DNA of 64,000 nucleotides from Felis catus (GCF_018350175.1 NC_058382.1:14136001-14200000); one strand, 5' to 3'; positions 47,835-61,789 are shown, numbered from the stretch's first letter. Notes: generated by a model not told the origin, from the sequence alone. Translations and numbers: made by a program.

Positions 47835-48056
47835 GTGAGAGGGCAGGGGTGGGGGGCCCTGCTCCCCTTCTGATACCAATCTTGACCTCTCCCTCCATGC
47901 CCAGCCTCCTTCTCTCATCCCTTCCCGGCCTCAAGCCTCCACCCCTGCCCCCCACAGGCTCAGAGGCAGCTGCTCCATGCAGAGCTGAAGCTGGTCCTGC
48001 AGCAGAAGGGAGAGAGGAAGCAGGAGCCTGGGGCCCAGGTGACTCCCAGCAGCGCC

Positions 48057-48083
48057 ATGGAGGCCAGGAGCCGGAGTGCTGAG
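48057..48083 (+). CDS. PRX: Periaxin first canonical coding exon (exon starts 47958): MEARSRSAE
   Basis: Strong Kozak gcgccATGG; donor GAG|gtgagt. Confidence 0.95.
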
Positions 48084-49659
48084 GTGAGTTCCAAGGGGGA
48101 CTTAGGGGGCCTGGTGGTGGGGCTGCACAGGCTAAGGCAGCTGGAAGACGGACACTTCCTGATTTCTCTGTGCCTCAGTCTCCCCATCTGTGAAATAGAA
48201 ATAGCAACAGTGCCTATTTTATAGGTCTCTGTGAGGGGAAAAAATTAACATATGTAAAGCACTTAGCACAGTGCCTGGGACCGACTAAGAGTCAGAGGAG
48301 CTCATTCATCTGGAGATAATGGAGTTATAGTAATAACGGGCTAAAGACAAGTAGGCAGGATGGTAGAGGGGTTGTTAAATGCATGAGCTTTGAGCCCATG
48401 GGCTTAAGTCCCAACCTTACCAGTTTAGCTCTAAACAGGTGACCTGACCATTCAAGCCCTGCTTCCCCATTGGTGAAATGGGACAATGGTCCCCACCTCT
48501 AAGGGTGTTGAGGGCTCACTCTCGAGCCATGGGCACAGGGCCTGGCATCCAGGAAGCCTACCTGAATGTTAGCTGTGGTCACTGTTAAGGAGATAGAGGA
48601 CTGGTGCCAACTGCTTCCAGGGGATGCTAGGCACAGAGCGGGTCCACTTCTACAGGAGCCAAGCTGAAGCTGAGGGGTGGCCGGCAGGGAGTTAAGGGCA
48701 GGGCCACTGCCTCCAGGCCAGCCTATGGGCTCTGAGGTCACAGACCTGGGGTTCAGGCCCAGCCGCTTAACTTGCCGTGCGGCATTAGGCGAATCACTTT
48801 GCTTCTCTTTACTTGGTGTCCTCCTTTGAGTCTGTCCAAGCTGTGGGAGGCTGAAATGAGACGGTGGGCATAGAATGCTTAGCCCAGGCCCTCAGGGTGG
48901 TGGTGATGGGCATGCCATTCCCTGCTGCCGTTACAACACGTTCCTCCCAGCTCTCTAGTCCCGGGACCACTGCTGGGCCCAGACTTGCTTTCCCCTCTCC
49001 AAGCCCTATGCTCAACCCGACTATACCAGCCTTGATGCCCTTGCCCATTAGAGTATCTCTCAGATCCCTGTTGCTTCAGGGCTCAGCTCACAGAGACTCC
49101 TTCCGGTACACCCATGTTACCTAACTCTACAGTAGGGAAATGGGCCCAGAGAGGGCAAAGTTCTTGCCTAGAGACACACAGCAGATTGAGTTCTAAGATG
49201 GTTGTGGAACTGAGGTGAGAGTCACTGCCTTTTCTAAGCCGGGAAGTGAATCCCGGAGTGCGTCACTGGGCCGGGGCCAGGGCAGCACCATTTACAGTGA
49301 ATACCAGGAATGCCACGTCTGCTCATTACCCACGCACCCCCCCTCCCCCATCACTTGATTCCCTCTCCCAAAGGCGTTATGCAGGTCTTGGGGTCACAGA
49401 GTCCACAAAAGGGAACACTCTCACATACATTCAAGCCTCCAAGAGCCCAGTCCCACCCTCACTCCTCCGTCCTGCACCACTTAAGACGTCCAGCCCTTTC
49501 CCCAGAATCCCCTTCTCACACCACCCCTTGTTCTGCTCTTATTAAAGCCCCTTCCCATACCTCAATCCCACCCTTAGACTATGGGTCGCCGCCTTACTTC
49601 CAAGTATGACTCTCTAGCCACACCCCTCTCAGATTTTTGGCCCCTCCTCTGTGGCTGTC

Positions 49660-50400
<741 letters not shown>

Positions 50401-50699
50401 AGGTTCGTTGTGTCGGTTTGACTCCCAGATCTGCAGTTTAGTAGCTTGTGAATTTCTGTGCCTTGGTTTTTTTCATCTCGAAAGTGGGAATGATTTTAGT
50501 ACTCACCTCATAGGGCTATGACTCGGATTAAATGAGTCAGTATTTGAAAACAGCGCTAAGTGGCACATAGCACCATGTAAGCACTAGTTATTATTTTTGT
50601 TGTTGGGACTGGAGAAAAGAGGTGGAGTTAACAACTTGGAGGGGTGTGGAGGGGAGCTTAGTAAGTAAGGGATGTTTTAGGTGACATAGATGAGGCTGG

Positions 50700-52150
50700 T
50701 GTGGTATATTCATGCAACAACTATTTACTAAGTGCTTGCTATTTCCAGATATTATTCTAGGGGCTTGGGCTACTGCAGTGAACAAAACTCTCTGCACTTG
50801 AGCTTACCTTCTAGTAGGGAGAGACATATTTGAGCAAAGTTTGTAAAATACATAGTAAGTTAGAAGGCAATATGTGCTATGGATGCCAGGAGGACAGTTA
50901 TATTTTTTTTCTTTTCTCTTTTAGAGAGAGAGAGCACATGAGAGAGCCAGCAGGGGAGAGGGGCAGAGGGAGGGAGAGCGAGAGAGAAAGAGAGAGAGAG
51001 AGAGAGAAAGAGAGAGAAAGAATCTTAAGCAGGCTCTGCACTCAGCGTGGACCCTGACACGGGGCTTGATCCCAAGACCCTGGGATCATGACCTGAACCC
51101 AAATTACGAGTTGGATGCTCAACTGACCCAGGTGCCACCCAGGTGCTGCAGGACAGTTGTCTTTTTAAATAGGGTGAGCCAGGAAGAGAGAAAAGGCCTG
51201 CTGGAGGACAGGGAGTGAGCTCTGTGTCCATCTGGAGGAGCATTCCATGCAGAGAGAACAGCCAGTGCAAACATCCCAAGGTTGGGGTGTGCCTAACTTG
51301 ATGAAGGAAAAGCAAGGAAGCCAGTGTGGATGGAATAGAGTTAGAGGAGAGGAAAGTAAGAAAGGAGGCCAGAGAAGTAAGGAAAGGGCAGTTTTTAGAG
51401 TGCTATATAGACCATGGTGGGGATTTTGGCTTTTAATCTGGGAGGGTTGTGAGTGGAGGAGGAACATGAGTTGGCTGTGTTGAATAGCATGCTGTGGTAG
51501 CAGTAGGCTGAAGGCAGCAGGGTGGGGAACAGGGAGCCCAACAAAGAAACTACTCCGGGGCACCTGCTGGCTCAGTTGGTAGAACATGTGACTCTTGATC
51601 TCAGGGTCATGAGTTTGAGCTCCACATTGGGTGCAGAGGTTTACTAAAATAAAATAAAATAAAATAAAATAAAATAAAATAAAATAAAATAAAATAAAGA
51701 GGCTACTCTGATTATCCAGGTAAAAGATGGTGATGCTGAGGACCAAAACAGTGATAATGGAGTTGAAGAGAAAGGTTTGGATTATGGATGTATTTTGAAG
51801 GAGAGGAGCCTTCAGGGCTGGATATGGGGTATGATGAAAAGAGAGGGGTCAAAGATGTGTCCAGGGATTCTTGACCTGAGGATGGAGTTGGCAGTTCCAC
51901 AGATGGGGAACACTGGGGCTGGAGCTTGCTTGGGGTAAGACCACATTTGCAGTTTGGATCTGTAAAGTGAGGGGTATCTATTGGATACCAAGGTGAAATG
52001 TGGAGGGGTAAATGGGTATAGGAGTCCTGGCTCAAGGTTCTGGAAGGGGGTGTCAGAAGTGTGACTGGAGATGTGGAAACAATGCAGCTGGATAACTCAA
52101 TGCATTTGCCATTAAGGCGAACAGATGTGTGGAGCAGGAGCTCCAGGAGT
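50700..52150. mobile_element. L2 remnant in PRX intron interrupted by CAN-SINE (- 50905-51141) and short SINE with (TAAAA)n tail (+ 51556-51698)
   Basis: L2-type purine-rich text (ggaggagcattccatgcagagagaacagccagtgcaaa) and SINE heads. Confidence 0.7.
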
Positions 52151-52551
52151 GAGGTCAAGACAACTCTTCTTATGGGAAAAGTAATGGTATGCTGATGAGA
52201 ATAACATACAAGAGAGGGACAAAATGATGATGTGGGGAGAGAGGGGAGAATTGCTTGAGGATGTCCCTGAAAATGTGGTGGAAAGATTGACCTGGGGGAG
52301 AAGTGAGGACAGGTGAAGTAAATTACCACAGGGGCAGGTGGGGGGGGGGTGAGTAAGGGGGTGGGAGTTTCTAGAAGTTCTTTTCTGATCCTGTTCTCTC
52401 AGTAAAGGGAACAAAGTCGAGTGTCTAAAAGGTGAGAATGGGAGAGGGAAGTGGAAAGCAACGGGTGTGGTTTGAATGGGTGTGGATTTGCTGGGGGAGG
52501 CGGAGCTAAGGCCATGGGGCGGGGCTTCACGCTTGAGTGTCTGCACCTTAA

Positions 52552-52980
<429 letters not shown>

Positions 52981-53557
52981 GCCCCACTCTTCCACACCCT
53001 GGGCCAGCCTTGCCCTCTGTCTTGTCACTAACCCAACTCTAATCCCACCTTCTGCCTCCTGTTCCCCACTCCTAAACTCCTCCCTGGGGAGGGAGACCCG
53101 CCCATCTCAGACCTTCACCCACTTTGGAGAGGAGGCAGCTCTAGGCATGCCGGGGGTCCTGAACCGAAGGGACTCCAAACCAGGGAGGCCAGGTTCAAAC
53201 CTGAGTGCTGCTCACTTACTGCTGAGTGACCCTGGACAAGTTTCTTTCCCTTTCTGGGCCTCAGTTTCCCCATTTCTAGAATGAAGGTATTGGGGAGAAT
53301 CCTGGATGAGGACCTAGAAGTCTTGGGTCCCAGTTCCCACACTCCTGTTGACTCTTTGTCAGATGCTAAGTGAAAGTCTTTGCCTTAGGGGGCCGGTAAT
53401 GGTGAAATGACAGGAAGGAAGTGGGGATGGTGATTTGGGGACGAGATGCTTCGTCCGACACATCCCCAGCCTGGTGTAATGCCAGATGGGGATCCCCCCC
53501 GTCTACCTCGAGCCTCCCACTGTCCCACCGCCTCCCGCATCTCTCCTCTCTCCCCAG

Positions 53558-56500
53558 AACATCCAGAGTCTGTCCCCTGTGAAGAAGAAGAAGATGGTGG
53601 TACCCGGGGCCCTGGGGGCCCCTGCAGAGCTGGCCCCTGTTGACGTCGAATTCTCCTTTCCCAAGTTCTCCCGTCTACGTCGGGGCCTCAAAGCTGAGGC
53701 TGTCAAGGGTCCTGTCCCAGCTGCCCCCGCCCGCCGGCGCCTCCAGCTGCCTCGGCTGCGCGTCCGGGAAGTGGCGGAAGAGGCCCAGGCGGCCCGGCTG
53801 GCCGCCGCCGCTCCTCCCCCAAGGAAAGCCAAAGTGGAGGCTGAGGTGGCAGCAGGAGCCCGTTTCACAGCCCCCCAGGTGGAGCTGGTTGGGCCCCGGC
53901 TGCCTGGCGCCGAGGTGGGTGTCCCCCAGGTCTCAGCCCCCAAGGGGCTGGGAGAGGTGGCCCTCCACCTGCCAAGCCTTGGACTAGGCGCCCCAGCCCC
54001 ACCTGCTGTGGAGCCCGCAGCCCTAGGGATCCAGGTCCCCCAGGTGGAGCTGCCCGCCTTGCCCTCGCTCCCCGCTCTGCCCACGCTGCCCTGCCTGGAG
54101 ACCCGGGAAGGGGCTGTGGTGGTGACGGTGCCCACCCTGGACGTGGCAGCGCCCACCGTAGGGGTGGACCTGGCCTTGCCGGGTGCGGAGGTGGAGGCCA
54201 GAGCAGAGGCACCTGAGGTGGCCCTGAAGATGCCCCGCCTCAGTTTCCCCCGCTTTGGGGCTCGAGCGAAGGAAGTTGCTGAGGCCAAGGTGGCCAAGGC
54301 CAGCCCCGAGGCCAGGGTGAAGGGGCCCAGACTTCGAATGCCCACCTTTGGGCTTTCTCTCCTGGAGCCCCGGCCCGCTGCCGCTGAAGCTGCTGTCGAG
54401 AGCAAGCTGAAGCTGCCCACCATCAAGATGCCCTCCTTTGGCATTGGGGTCTCGGCCCCTGAGGTCAAGATGCCCAAGGGGCCGGAGGTGAAGCTCCCCA
54501 AGGCTCCTGAAGTCAAGCTCCCGAAGGTGCCCGAGGCAGCCCTTCCAGCCGTGCAGCTCCCCGAGGTGGAGCTCCCCAAAGTGTCAGAGATAAAGCTCCC
54601 GAAGGTGCCAGAGATGGCCGTGCCCGAGGTGCGGCTTCCAGAGGTGCAGCTGCCGAAAGTCCCCGAGATGAAGCTCCCCGAGATGAAGCTCCCGAAGGTG
54701 TCCGAGATGGCCGTGCCGGAGGTGCGACTCCCGGAGGTGCAGCTCCCGAAAGTCCCAGAGATGAAGCTCCCGAAGGTGCCCGAGATGAAACTCCCGAAGG
54801 TGCCCGAGATGGCGGTGCCCGAGGTGCAGCTCCCAGAAGTACAGCTCCCGAAAGTCCCGGAGATGAAGCTCCCAGAAGTGAAGCTCCCGAAGATGCCCGA
54901 GATGGCCGTGCCCGAGGTGCGACTCCCGGAGGTGCAGCTGCCCAAGGTCTCAGAGATGAAAGTCCCTGACGTGAAACTCCCCGAGATAAAACTCCCCAAG
55001 GTGCCGGAGATGGCCGTGCCTGATGTCCACCTGCCAGAGGTGCAGCTGCCAAAGGTGTCCGAGATGCGGCTGCCGGAAGTGCAGGTGCCGAAGGTCCCAG
55101 ATGTGCATCTTCCGAAGGCACCCGAGGTGAAGCTGCCCAAGGCTCCGGAGGTACGGCTGAAAGCCGAGCAGGCAGAGGCGGTGGAATTTGGCTTCAAAAT
55201 GCCCAAGATGACCATGCCCAAGCTGGGGAGGGCAGAGTCCCCACCACGAGGCAAGCCAGACGAGGCCAGGGCTGAGGCCCCAGGGAAGCTGGTAATGCTC
55301 CCCTGTTTGCAGCCAGAGGCGGGCACCGAGGCTCGGGTGGGTGTCCCCTCTCTCTCACTGCCCTCGGTGGAGCTAGACCTGCCGAGGGCCCTCAGCCTGG
55401 AGGGGCAGGTCCCAGCAGCCGAAGCGGGCAAGGTGGAGCGGGCAGAGAGCCCCGGGGCAGCGGCAGGGGTCGGGGAAGTGGCCTTCCGGATGCCCTCCGT
55501 TGAAATCGTCACTCCACAGCTGCCCACGGTGGAAGTGGAGGAAGGGCGGCTAGAGGCGATGGAGATGAAAGCCAAGCCCTCCTCCAAGTTCTCTTTGCCC
55601 AAGTTTGGACTCTCGGGGCCCAAAGTGGCCAAGGCGGAGGCTGAGGGGGCTGGGCGAGCCACCAAGCTGAAGGTGTCCAAGTTTGCCATCTCACTCCCCA
55701 AGGCCCGAGCGGGGACTGAGGCCGAGGCCAAAGGGGCAGGGGAGGCAGGCCTCCTGCCCGCCCTCGATCTGTCCATCCCGCAGCTCAGCCTGGATGCCCA
55801 TCTGCCCACGGGCAAGGTGGAGGTGGCCGGGGCTGATGTCAAGCTCAAGGGGCCCAGGTTTGCCCTGCCCAAGTTTGGGGTCAAAGGCCGGGACACTGAG
55901 GCGGGAGAAGCAGTGTCAGGGGGGGCTGAGTTGGAGGGCAAGGGCTGGGGTTGGGACAGGAAGGTGAAGGCGTCCAAGCTGAAGATGCCCTCCTTTGGGC
56001 TGGCTCGAGGAAAGGAAGCTGAGATCCAGGGCGGGCGTGGCAGCCCCGGAGAAAAGCCAGAGTCCCTGGCCGGCCAGCTTAAGATCCCCGAAGTGGAGCT
56101 GGTCACCCTGGGGGCCCAGGAGGACGGGGGCGCCGAGGGGGCAGCGGCCGTCAGTGGAGTTCGGCTACCAGGCCTGCAAGTATCCACGACCAGGCAGGCG
56201 GGTGCCGAGGGCCAGGAAGGGGGGCTGAGGATGCCCCTGGGTATCTCCCTGCCCCAGGTGGAGCTGCCCGGCCTCGGGGAGGCCGGCCTGGGTGCCACCC
56301 CCGGGCAGCAGGTCAAGGGTGCAGCCCCTTCAGCAGAGGGCACAGCAGGCTACAGGGTCCAGGTGCCTCAGGTGACCTTGTCTCTGCCTGGAGCCCAGGT
56401 GGCAGGTGGTGAGCTGTTGGTAGGTGAGGGCGTCTTCAAGATGCCTGCTGTGACGGTGCCCCAGCTTGAGCTGGACGTGGGGCTGAGCCGGGAGGCGCAG

Positions 56501-57181
56501 GTTGGGGAGGCAGCCACCGGCGAGGGTGGCTTGAGGCTGAAGATGCCCACACTGGGGGCCAGGGCCGAAGCTGGGGAAGAGGGGCCTGGAGACCAGCCCC
56601 CAGGGGCCGAGCGCACCTTCCGCCTCTCGCTGCCCGACGTGGAGCTCTCGCCACCTGCTGTGGGCAGCCACGCCGAGTACCAGGTGGCAGAGGGCGAGGG
56701 GGATGCCGGACACAAGCTCAAGGTGCGGCTGCCCCGGTTCGGTCTGGTTCGGGCCAAGGAGGGCGTGGAAGAGGGTGAAAAGACCAAGAGCCCAAAACTC
56801 AGGCTGCCCCGAGTGGGCTTCAGCCAGAGCGAGGCAGTCACTGGGGAAGGCTCCCCCAGCCCCGAGGAGGAGGAGGAGGAGGGCGGCGGGGAAGGGGCCC
56901 CCGGGCGCCGAGGCAGAGTCCGAGTCCGCCTGCCCCGCGTGGGCCTGGCCACCCCTTCCAAGGCCTCTCGGGGACAGGAGGGCGACGCAGCCCCCAAGTC
57001 CCCTGGCGGGGAGAAGTCACCCAAGTTCCGCTTCCCCCGGGTGTCCCTAAGCCCCAAGACCCGGAGTGGGAGCGGGGACCGGGAGGAGGGTGGATTCCGG
57101 GTCCGGCTGCCCAGCGTAGGGTTTTCGGAGACAGGGGCTCCAGGCCCTGCCAGGATGGAGGGGGCGCAGGCTGTCATCTGA
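53558..57181 (+). CDS. PRX: L-periaxin giant last exon (1207 aa); L-periaxin total 1334 aa
   Basis: ctccccag|AAC ATC; [13 protein letters not shown] basic NLS region, PEV/PKV repeat domain, acidic C-terminal region, ends [11 protein letters not shown]. Confidence 0.97.
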   Translation, partial: NIQSLSPVKKKKMVVPGALGAPAELAPVDVEFSFPKFSRLRRGLKAEAVKGPVPAAPARRRLQLPRLRVREVAEEAQAARLAAAAPPPRKAKVEAEVAAGARFTAPQVELVGPRLPGAEVGVPQVSAPKGLGEVALHLPSLGLGAPAPPAVEPAALGIQVPQVELPALPSLPALPTLPCLETREGAVVVTVPTLDVAAPTVGVDLALPGAEVEARAEAPEVALKMPRLSFPRFGARAKEVAEAKVAKASPEARVKGPRLRMPTFGLSLLEPRPAAAEAAVESKLKLPTIKMPSFGIGVSAPEVKMPKGPEVKLPKAPEVKLPKVPEAALPAVQLPEVELPKVSEIKLPKVPEMAVPEVRLPEVQLPKVPEMKLPEMKLPKVSEMAVPEVRLPEVQLPKVPEMKLPKVPEMKLPKVPEMAVPEVQLPEVQLPKVPEMKLPEVKLPKMPEMAVPEVRLPEVQLPKVSEMKVPDVKLPEIKLPKVPEMAVPDVHLPEVQLPKVSEMRLPEVQVPKVPDVHLPKAPEVKLPKAPEVRLKAEQAEAVEFGFKMPKMTMPKLGRAESPPRGKPDEARAEAPGKLVMLPCLQPEAGTEARVGVPSLSLPSVELDLPRALSLEGQVPAAEAGKVERAESPGAAAGVGEVAFRMPSVEIVTPQLPTVEVEEGRLEAMEMKAKPSSKFSLPKFGLSGPKVAKAEAEGAGRATKLKVSKFAISLPKARAGTEAEAKGAGEAGLLPALDLSIPQLSLDAHLPTGKVEVAGADVKLKGPRFALPKFGVKGRDTEAGEAVSGGAELEGKGWGWDRKVKASKLKMPSFGLARGKEAEIQGGRGSPGEKPESLAGQLKIPEVELVTLGAQEDGGAEGAAAVSGVRLPGLQVSTTRQAGAEGQEGGLRMPLGISLPQVELPGLGEAGLGATPGQQVKGAAPSAEGTAGYRVQVPQVTLSLPGAQVAGGELLVGEGVFKMPAVTVPQLELDVGLSREAQVGEAATGEGGLRLKMPTLGARAEAGEEGPGDQPPGAERTFRLSLPDVELSPPAVGSHAEYQVAEGEGDAGHKLKVRLPRFGLVRAKEGVEEGEKTKSPKLRLPRVGFSQSEAVTGEGSPSPEEEEEEGGGEGAPGRRGRVRVRLPRVGLATPSKASRGQEGDAAPKSPGGEKSPKFRFPRVSLSPKTRSGSGDREEGGFRVRLPSVGFSETGAPGPARMEGAQAVI
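54458..55160 (+). repeat. PRX: Coding tandem repeat of periaxin ([27 protein letters not shown] units)
   Basis: Five EMAVP(E/D)VxLPEVQL units interspersed with 5-aa and 8-aa units, visible at DNA level. Confidence 0.92.
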
Positions 57182-57367
57182 AGCCCCGGGGGCCGAGGGA
57201 GAGTTGCCTCCCATCTTCCCATCCCTGCCTCGTCCTCGTTTTGTGTGTGACATAACTAGCACTAACCCTCAGAGGGCCGGGAGGTGGGTGACTGACCGGG
57301 AGAGGGCCGGGGAGGCCTCCTTCCCCGGCTCACTGGCTGGACTGCCTGTATCTTGCCAAACCATGTG

Positions 57368-57373
57368 AATAAA
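57368..57373 (+). terminator. PRX polyadenylation signal AATAAA
   Basis: 187 nt after the stop, followed by TG-rich sequence. Confidence 0.85.
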
Positions 57374-59169
57374 ATAATCCAGAGGTAGGCTTGTGTTCTG
57401 TTTCCTCTGTGCGTGTAGAGGGGTGGGTTGGGGAGGGACGGGGGACAGGGGAGGGTGGAGAGGGTGCAGGGAAAGAGGTCCCCAAGGAGGAAGAAAGGGG
57501 ACTTGAGCCTGCCCTGCGGAGAGTCTGTGTTCGGGAGAGACACAGGCCACCCCTGGTCTGAAGAGAGTCAGGGAAGCCTTGCGGTGGGCGGGTTGGGAAG
57601 GGGCCTGCCCTAGCCATTCCCAATTCCCTAGGGCCTCTGAGCAAGACCCCTCTGCTGGGGACTCTGCCAGTTCTGGGGGAAACACTCCCACCAGACCTCC
57701 CTGGGGTCGCCCTAAGAGAGCACAACTATTGCTACCCATCTGCCCTCTGCTGGCCACCTTCACATCCACAAGAGTGCCTCCACATCCTGGTGATCCTTTC
57801 CTGTCGGGCTGGTTTGACTGCCCCGGCCACCGGGGCCCCACCCAGGGAGGCCCCTCCCTGTCCCCTCTCCCGGCTCATGGGTTCAGAGCCTCCACCCCAG
57901 ATACCCGGCTGCCTCTTGGGACTAGGTCCCAGGGTCCTCAGCTCCCATCAGGGCTGGGCCTCGGCTCCCGGGGACCCTTCCCCACTCAGGATCTAAGCTC
58001 CCCACCGAGGCCTCCAGACTCTCCCTCATCGGCTGTGCCCTCCAGTTGTCACAGACCCTTGATGTATCCTAGTCCCTTCCCCTTTAAAGCTGGCCTCCCT
58101 CAGGTCCCTGCCTGGTCGTGCTTTCTCTTCATTCCCACCAAACATGGCCAGACACGGTAAGAATTTACACTCACGGTGTGCACCCTTTGCCTAGTGCCCC
58201 GGCATTTGGGGTTTCCCTCCCACCACGGCTGTCCTGTCAGCGTTCTTAGTGACCTCTCTGTGGCCACGCTGAGGGCTTCCTCTGTCTCCCTTTTCCGGAC
58301 TTCTCAGGGTCCCTTCCTCCTCCCTGAACACCCTCTCCTGTCACTTCCCCACTCCCTCTCTCTCTCTTTATGCCCTTTGGGCCCTCAGGACTCCTCCCAG
58401 GCCCTCATTCACCCTCATACCCTCCCCAGGTCATGTCACCCCTCCCCATGGTCCACATGGGAATGCAGTGCACCACCCGTGGACGTCTCCCAGGCACTGG
58501 GAGCTTGGCTCTAGAACCAGACTGCTGGGGGGTGGGGGGGAGGTGGGGGTGGGCGGTAAGCCTGTATCTGGCACCCAGCTGGGTGACCGTAGGCATTTGT
58601 TCAACTTCTTTGTGTCTTGATTTTCTCTTTCATAAAATGGAGCTATTAAAACGTATGTCATTAGGATCAGCTAAGGCTTGTAAAACACTCAAGACATGTC
58701 TATATGTTTCGGTGTCCAAGCTTTTAATCTGACACCAGCATCTTCTCCCCTAAAGTGCTCCTTATCTGAGGGACCATCCCTGAGCCCTGGGCCTTGTTCT
58801 GGATGGTTCCCTCTTCCCCCCCCCTCCCCCGACCCGTCAGTCCCACAGCTTGGCCTCCTGTCTCATACACCAGCCTCCTCCCCAACACCCCACCCTCTCT
58901 CACCTGGGCCCCGCTCCAGGCTCAGGGTCTCCAGTTTCGTCCCCTCCACTCTTATTCACACAGTAGCTTTCTGATACTTCAATCTGATGCTGCCCTGCCT
59001 TGCTCACAGCCCTTCTGTGGCTCCCCAGTACCCTGTACCCAGTACCCCAGGACCCTAAATGACTCCAAACTCCTTAGCCTGTCAGTGAAGACTTTTTACC
59101 ACCTGGCCCTGCTTCAGTCACACCTCTCCTACTGCAGCCACCGGCAGGGGTGGGTGTTTGCTGAACACA

Positions 59170-59172
<3 letters not shown>

Positions 59173-59200
<28 letters not shown>
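59173..59200. repeat. (CA)n microsatellite upstream of HIPK4
   Basis: Read directly. Confidence 0.92.
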
Positions 59201-59208
<8 letters not shown>

Positions 59209-59690
59209 AAATCCCCCCAGCCCTTCACCTCTGTTGAGGAACGTCCCTGCCCTCCGGCCTAGAGGTCCAGGATCAGACTTCCTTCTCAGTCAACCCTTCA
59301 CCTGTCCAGCCCCTCCAGGTTCCGCCACTGGGTGGGGGAGGGGGCTCTACCTGCCACCCCACCCCCCATTCCAGCCTGGGGCTCAGGTCTCCGACAACAG
59401 AACCAGAGCCACTCAGCAACGCCGGAACCCATTCGGGGGCGCCTGGGGCCCCTCGTCCCAAGCCAGGAGGGCTTCGGGGGAGGGGTGTGGCCCCTGGCAG
59501 ACTGGCAGTGAGGCCCAGGGGGCTGGGGGGTGCCAGGGAGGAAGGGGCGAACCTCGCAGCGGGAGATACAAGTGCGGTTCTCTTTCCCCCACTGGGGGGG
59601 CCTCGGAGCCGGTGGCGGGGCCGAAGGCTTCGAAGGCAAAGCCTGTGGGGTGAGGGCGACAGCAGGGCAGTGCCCGGTGGCAGGGGCACC

Positions 59691-60155
59691 ATGGCCACCA
59701 TCCAGTCCGAGACCGACTGCTATGACATCATTGAGGTGCTAGGCAAGGGCACCTTCGGGGAGGTGGCCAAGGGCTGGCGGCGAAGCACGGGGGAGATGGT
59801 GGCCATCAAGATCCTCAAGAACGATGCCTACCGCAATCGCATCATCAAGAATGAGCTTAAGCTTCTGCGCTGCATGAGAGGCCTGGACCCAGAGGAGGCC
59901 CACGTCATCCGCTTCCTCGAGTTCTTCCATGATGCCCTCAAATTCTACCTGGTCTTCGAGCTGCTGGAGCAAAACCTCTTCGAATTCCAGAAGGAGAACA
60001 ACTTCGCACCCCTCCCTGCCCGCCACATCCGCACGGTCACCCTGCAGGTGCTCAGAGCCCTGGCCCGGCTCAAGGAGCTGGCGATTATCCATGCCGATCT
60101 CAAGCCCGAGAACATCATGCTGGTGGACCAGACCCGCTGCCCCTTTAGGGTCAAG
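59691..60155 (+). CDS. HIPK4: Homeodomain-interacting protein kinase 4, exon 1 (155 codons)
   Basis: gcaccATGG; MATIQSETDCYDIIEVLGKGTFGEVAK, VAIK lysine, catalytic loop HADLKPEN; AAG|gtgagt. Confidence 0.96.
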
Positions 60156-61789
60156 GTGAGTGGGGCGGCCCTGGGGTGATGGTGTCCCTCATTCCGGTCT
60201 TCTCCTGGCTTCCCCCAGCCCTAGACGCCCTCCTGTCACCATGGGCTCCCTTGTCCCGCCTACCCCACCCCCACGCCGCTGAAGTCTTCTCTGCCCTACC
60301 CTGCCCTTGATGCCTGTCCCCACCTCCTAGTCCTAAAATCCTCATCTCCCTGTCCCGATTCTGACATCCTCTGTCTCTCAGACCTGAGGCCTCTCGTCCT
60401 TGTCCAGTTCCTAGTTCACCTCCTCGAGGCCCAGTCCTGTCTCTGTGGGGCTGACATTCTGGTGGGGGAAATGGAGTCGCCAAGACAAATGAGTCAAATA
60501 TGGTATATGAGTGAGAAGGAGAAAAGATAAAGTAGGGAGGAGGATGTGGGGTGTTGACTGGTGGTGCTGAGTGAAACTGTCGACAAGGAGGTCAGGGAGG
60601 CCTCACGGGGAAGGTGACATTTGAGAAAAGTCCCAAAGGAGGGAGGTAGCCATGTAGGCATCTGGGGAAAAGCATCTGGGTAGAAGGAAAAACTAGTGCA
60701 AAGGCCCTGAGGCAGGAGTGATCTGAGTCTATGTGTTTGAGAAGCACCCCAGAGCCCAGGGTGGCTGAAGCAGGGTGAGAAGAGGAAGGAAAGGGGCTCA
60801 GGGAGGTGACGGGGCCTGGTCACACAGGGCCTTGCAGGCCACAAGCCCCTGGTCCCCTCCATCTCATTCCCGGCCCCTCTGCCTGCCTGTGTCCCCTCCC
60901 ATCCCAGCCCCAATCCCTCTGCCCTAGCCCCCCTGTCTGTGCCCCCCAATCCCAGCCCTGGCCCCTCGGTCCACTTCTGGGTTTGCTACTGTCTGGGGAT
61001 GGGTCTGAACTAGAAGCTCCGTGGAGGCAGCCACGTCAGATCTGTCGGCATCTGCCAGCACGGTCCTGTGGCGGAGACAACGCTAAATGAACGTCAGAGT
61101 CACGGGGAGATATAGAGACATGAAAAGGCAGATCATTTTGCCCTAAGAGATGGAAGGACAGAGACCCAAGGAAAGAGAGGCTCCCACGAACACAGCAGGA
61201 AACAGGACAGATCCACAACACCTGGCCAGTGTTGGCACCCCTCCCGTGTTTGTGGAACGGATGGATGGATGGATGGATCCCATGAACACTGAGTGCCCAG
61301 GGTCCCTCAAGCTCTGAGATTCAGGCCTCAGCAGTCTGTATTTAGAGTCCGGATTAAGAGCCATTTCATCATACCACCTCCTGCACCTAGAAAGTGAGGG
61401 GTAGCTGAATGAAAAACAGGGAAACTCGGAGAGGGAAACTGAGGCAGGGACCAAGATAGAGTCTTGGACATTCAGAGTGAAAATGGCCCATGGCCCTGAG
61501 AGAGACAGACTTTCAGCCACATTCACAGTGCTGGTTCAGCAGGTGCTCGTCGAGCCCCTGTCACGTTCCGAGGGCCTGCGAGGGACGTGAACAGTGTCTG
61601 ATGATAAAGACAGAAGAGGGTCGGGGCTTCAGGGAGGGGTCTTCCTAGCAGTGACACAGAGATGGAGACGGAGAGAGACGCTGAGAGATGAGAGGCACGA
61701 TGAACAGGCAAACAATGAAAAGGCAAAAAAAAAAAAAAAGAACGAGAGTTACAAACAAGAGGCAGAAAGAATGGCAGGGACATAAAGCT

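Noticed and set aside
53503-56343. 946-aa antisense ORF (and the 284-aa ORF at 56368-57222) over the PRX last exon
   Set aside because: Shadow frame sharing third codon positions with PRX. Stops arise only where a Tyr codon follows a pyrimidine-ending codon or a His/Gln codon follows a T-ending codon. The exon has only two Tyr, and the ORF is bounded at the first one (GGC TAC, 56350-56352). It starts at GTG and is low-complexity.
59387-59398. RFX X-box-like GTCTCCGACAAC upstream of testis-expressed HIPK4
   Set aside because: Deviates from the RGYAAC half-site and has no spacer; too weak to call from sequence alone.
59487-59690. 68-codon open frame upstream of the HIPK4 ATG
   Set aside because: GTG start in GC-rich sequence; the annotated ATG has an optimal Kozak context. 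No supporting evidence, unlike the multi-exon phase agreement seen in PRX.
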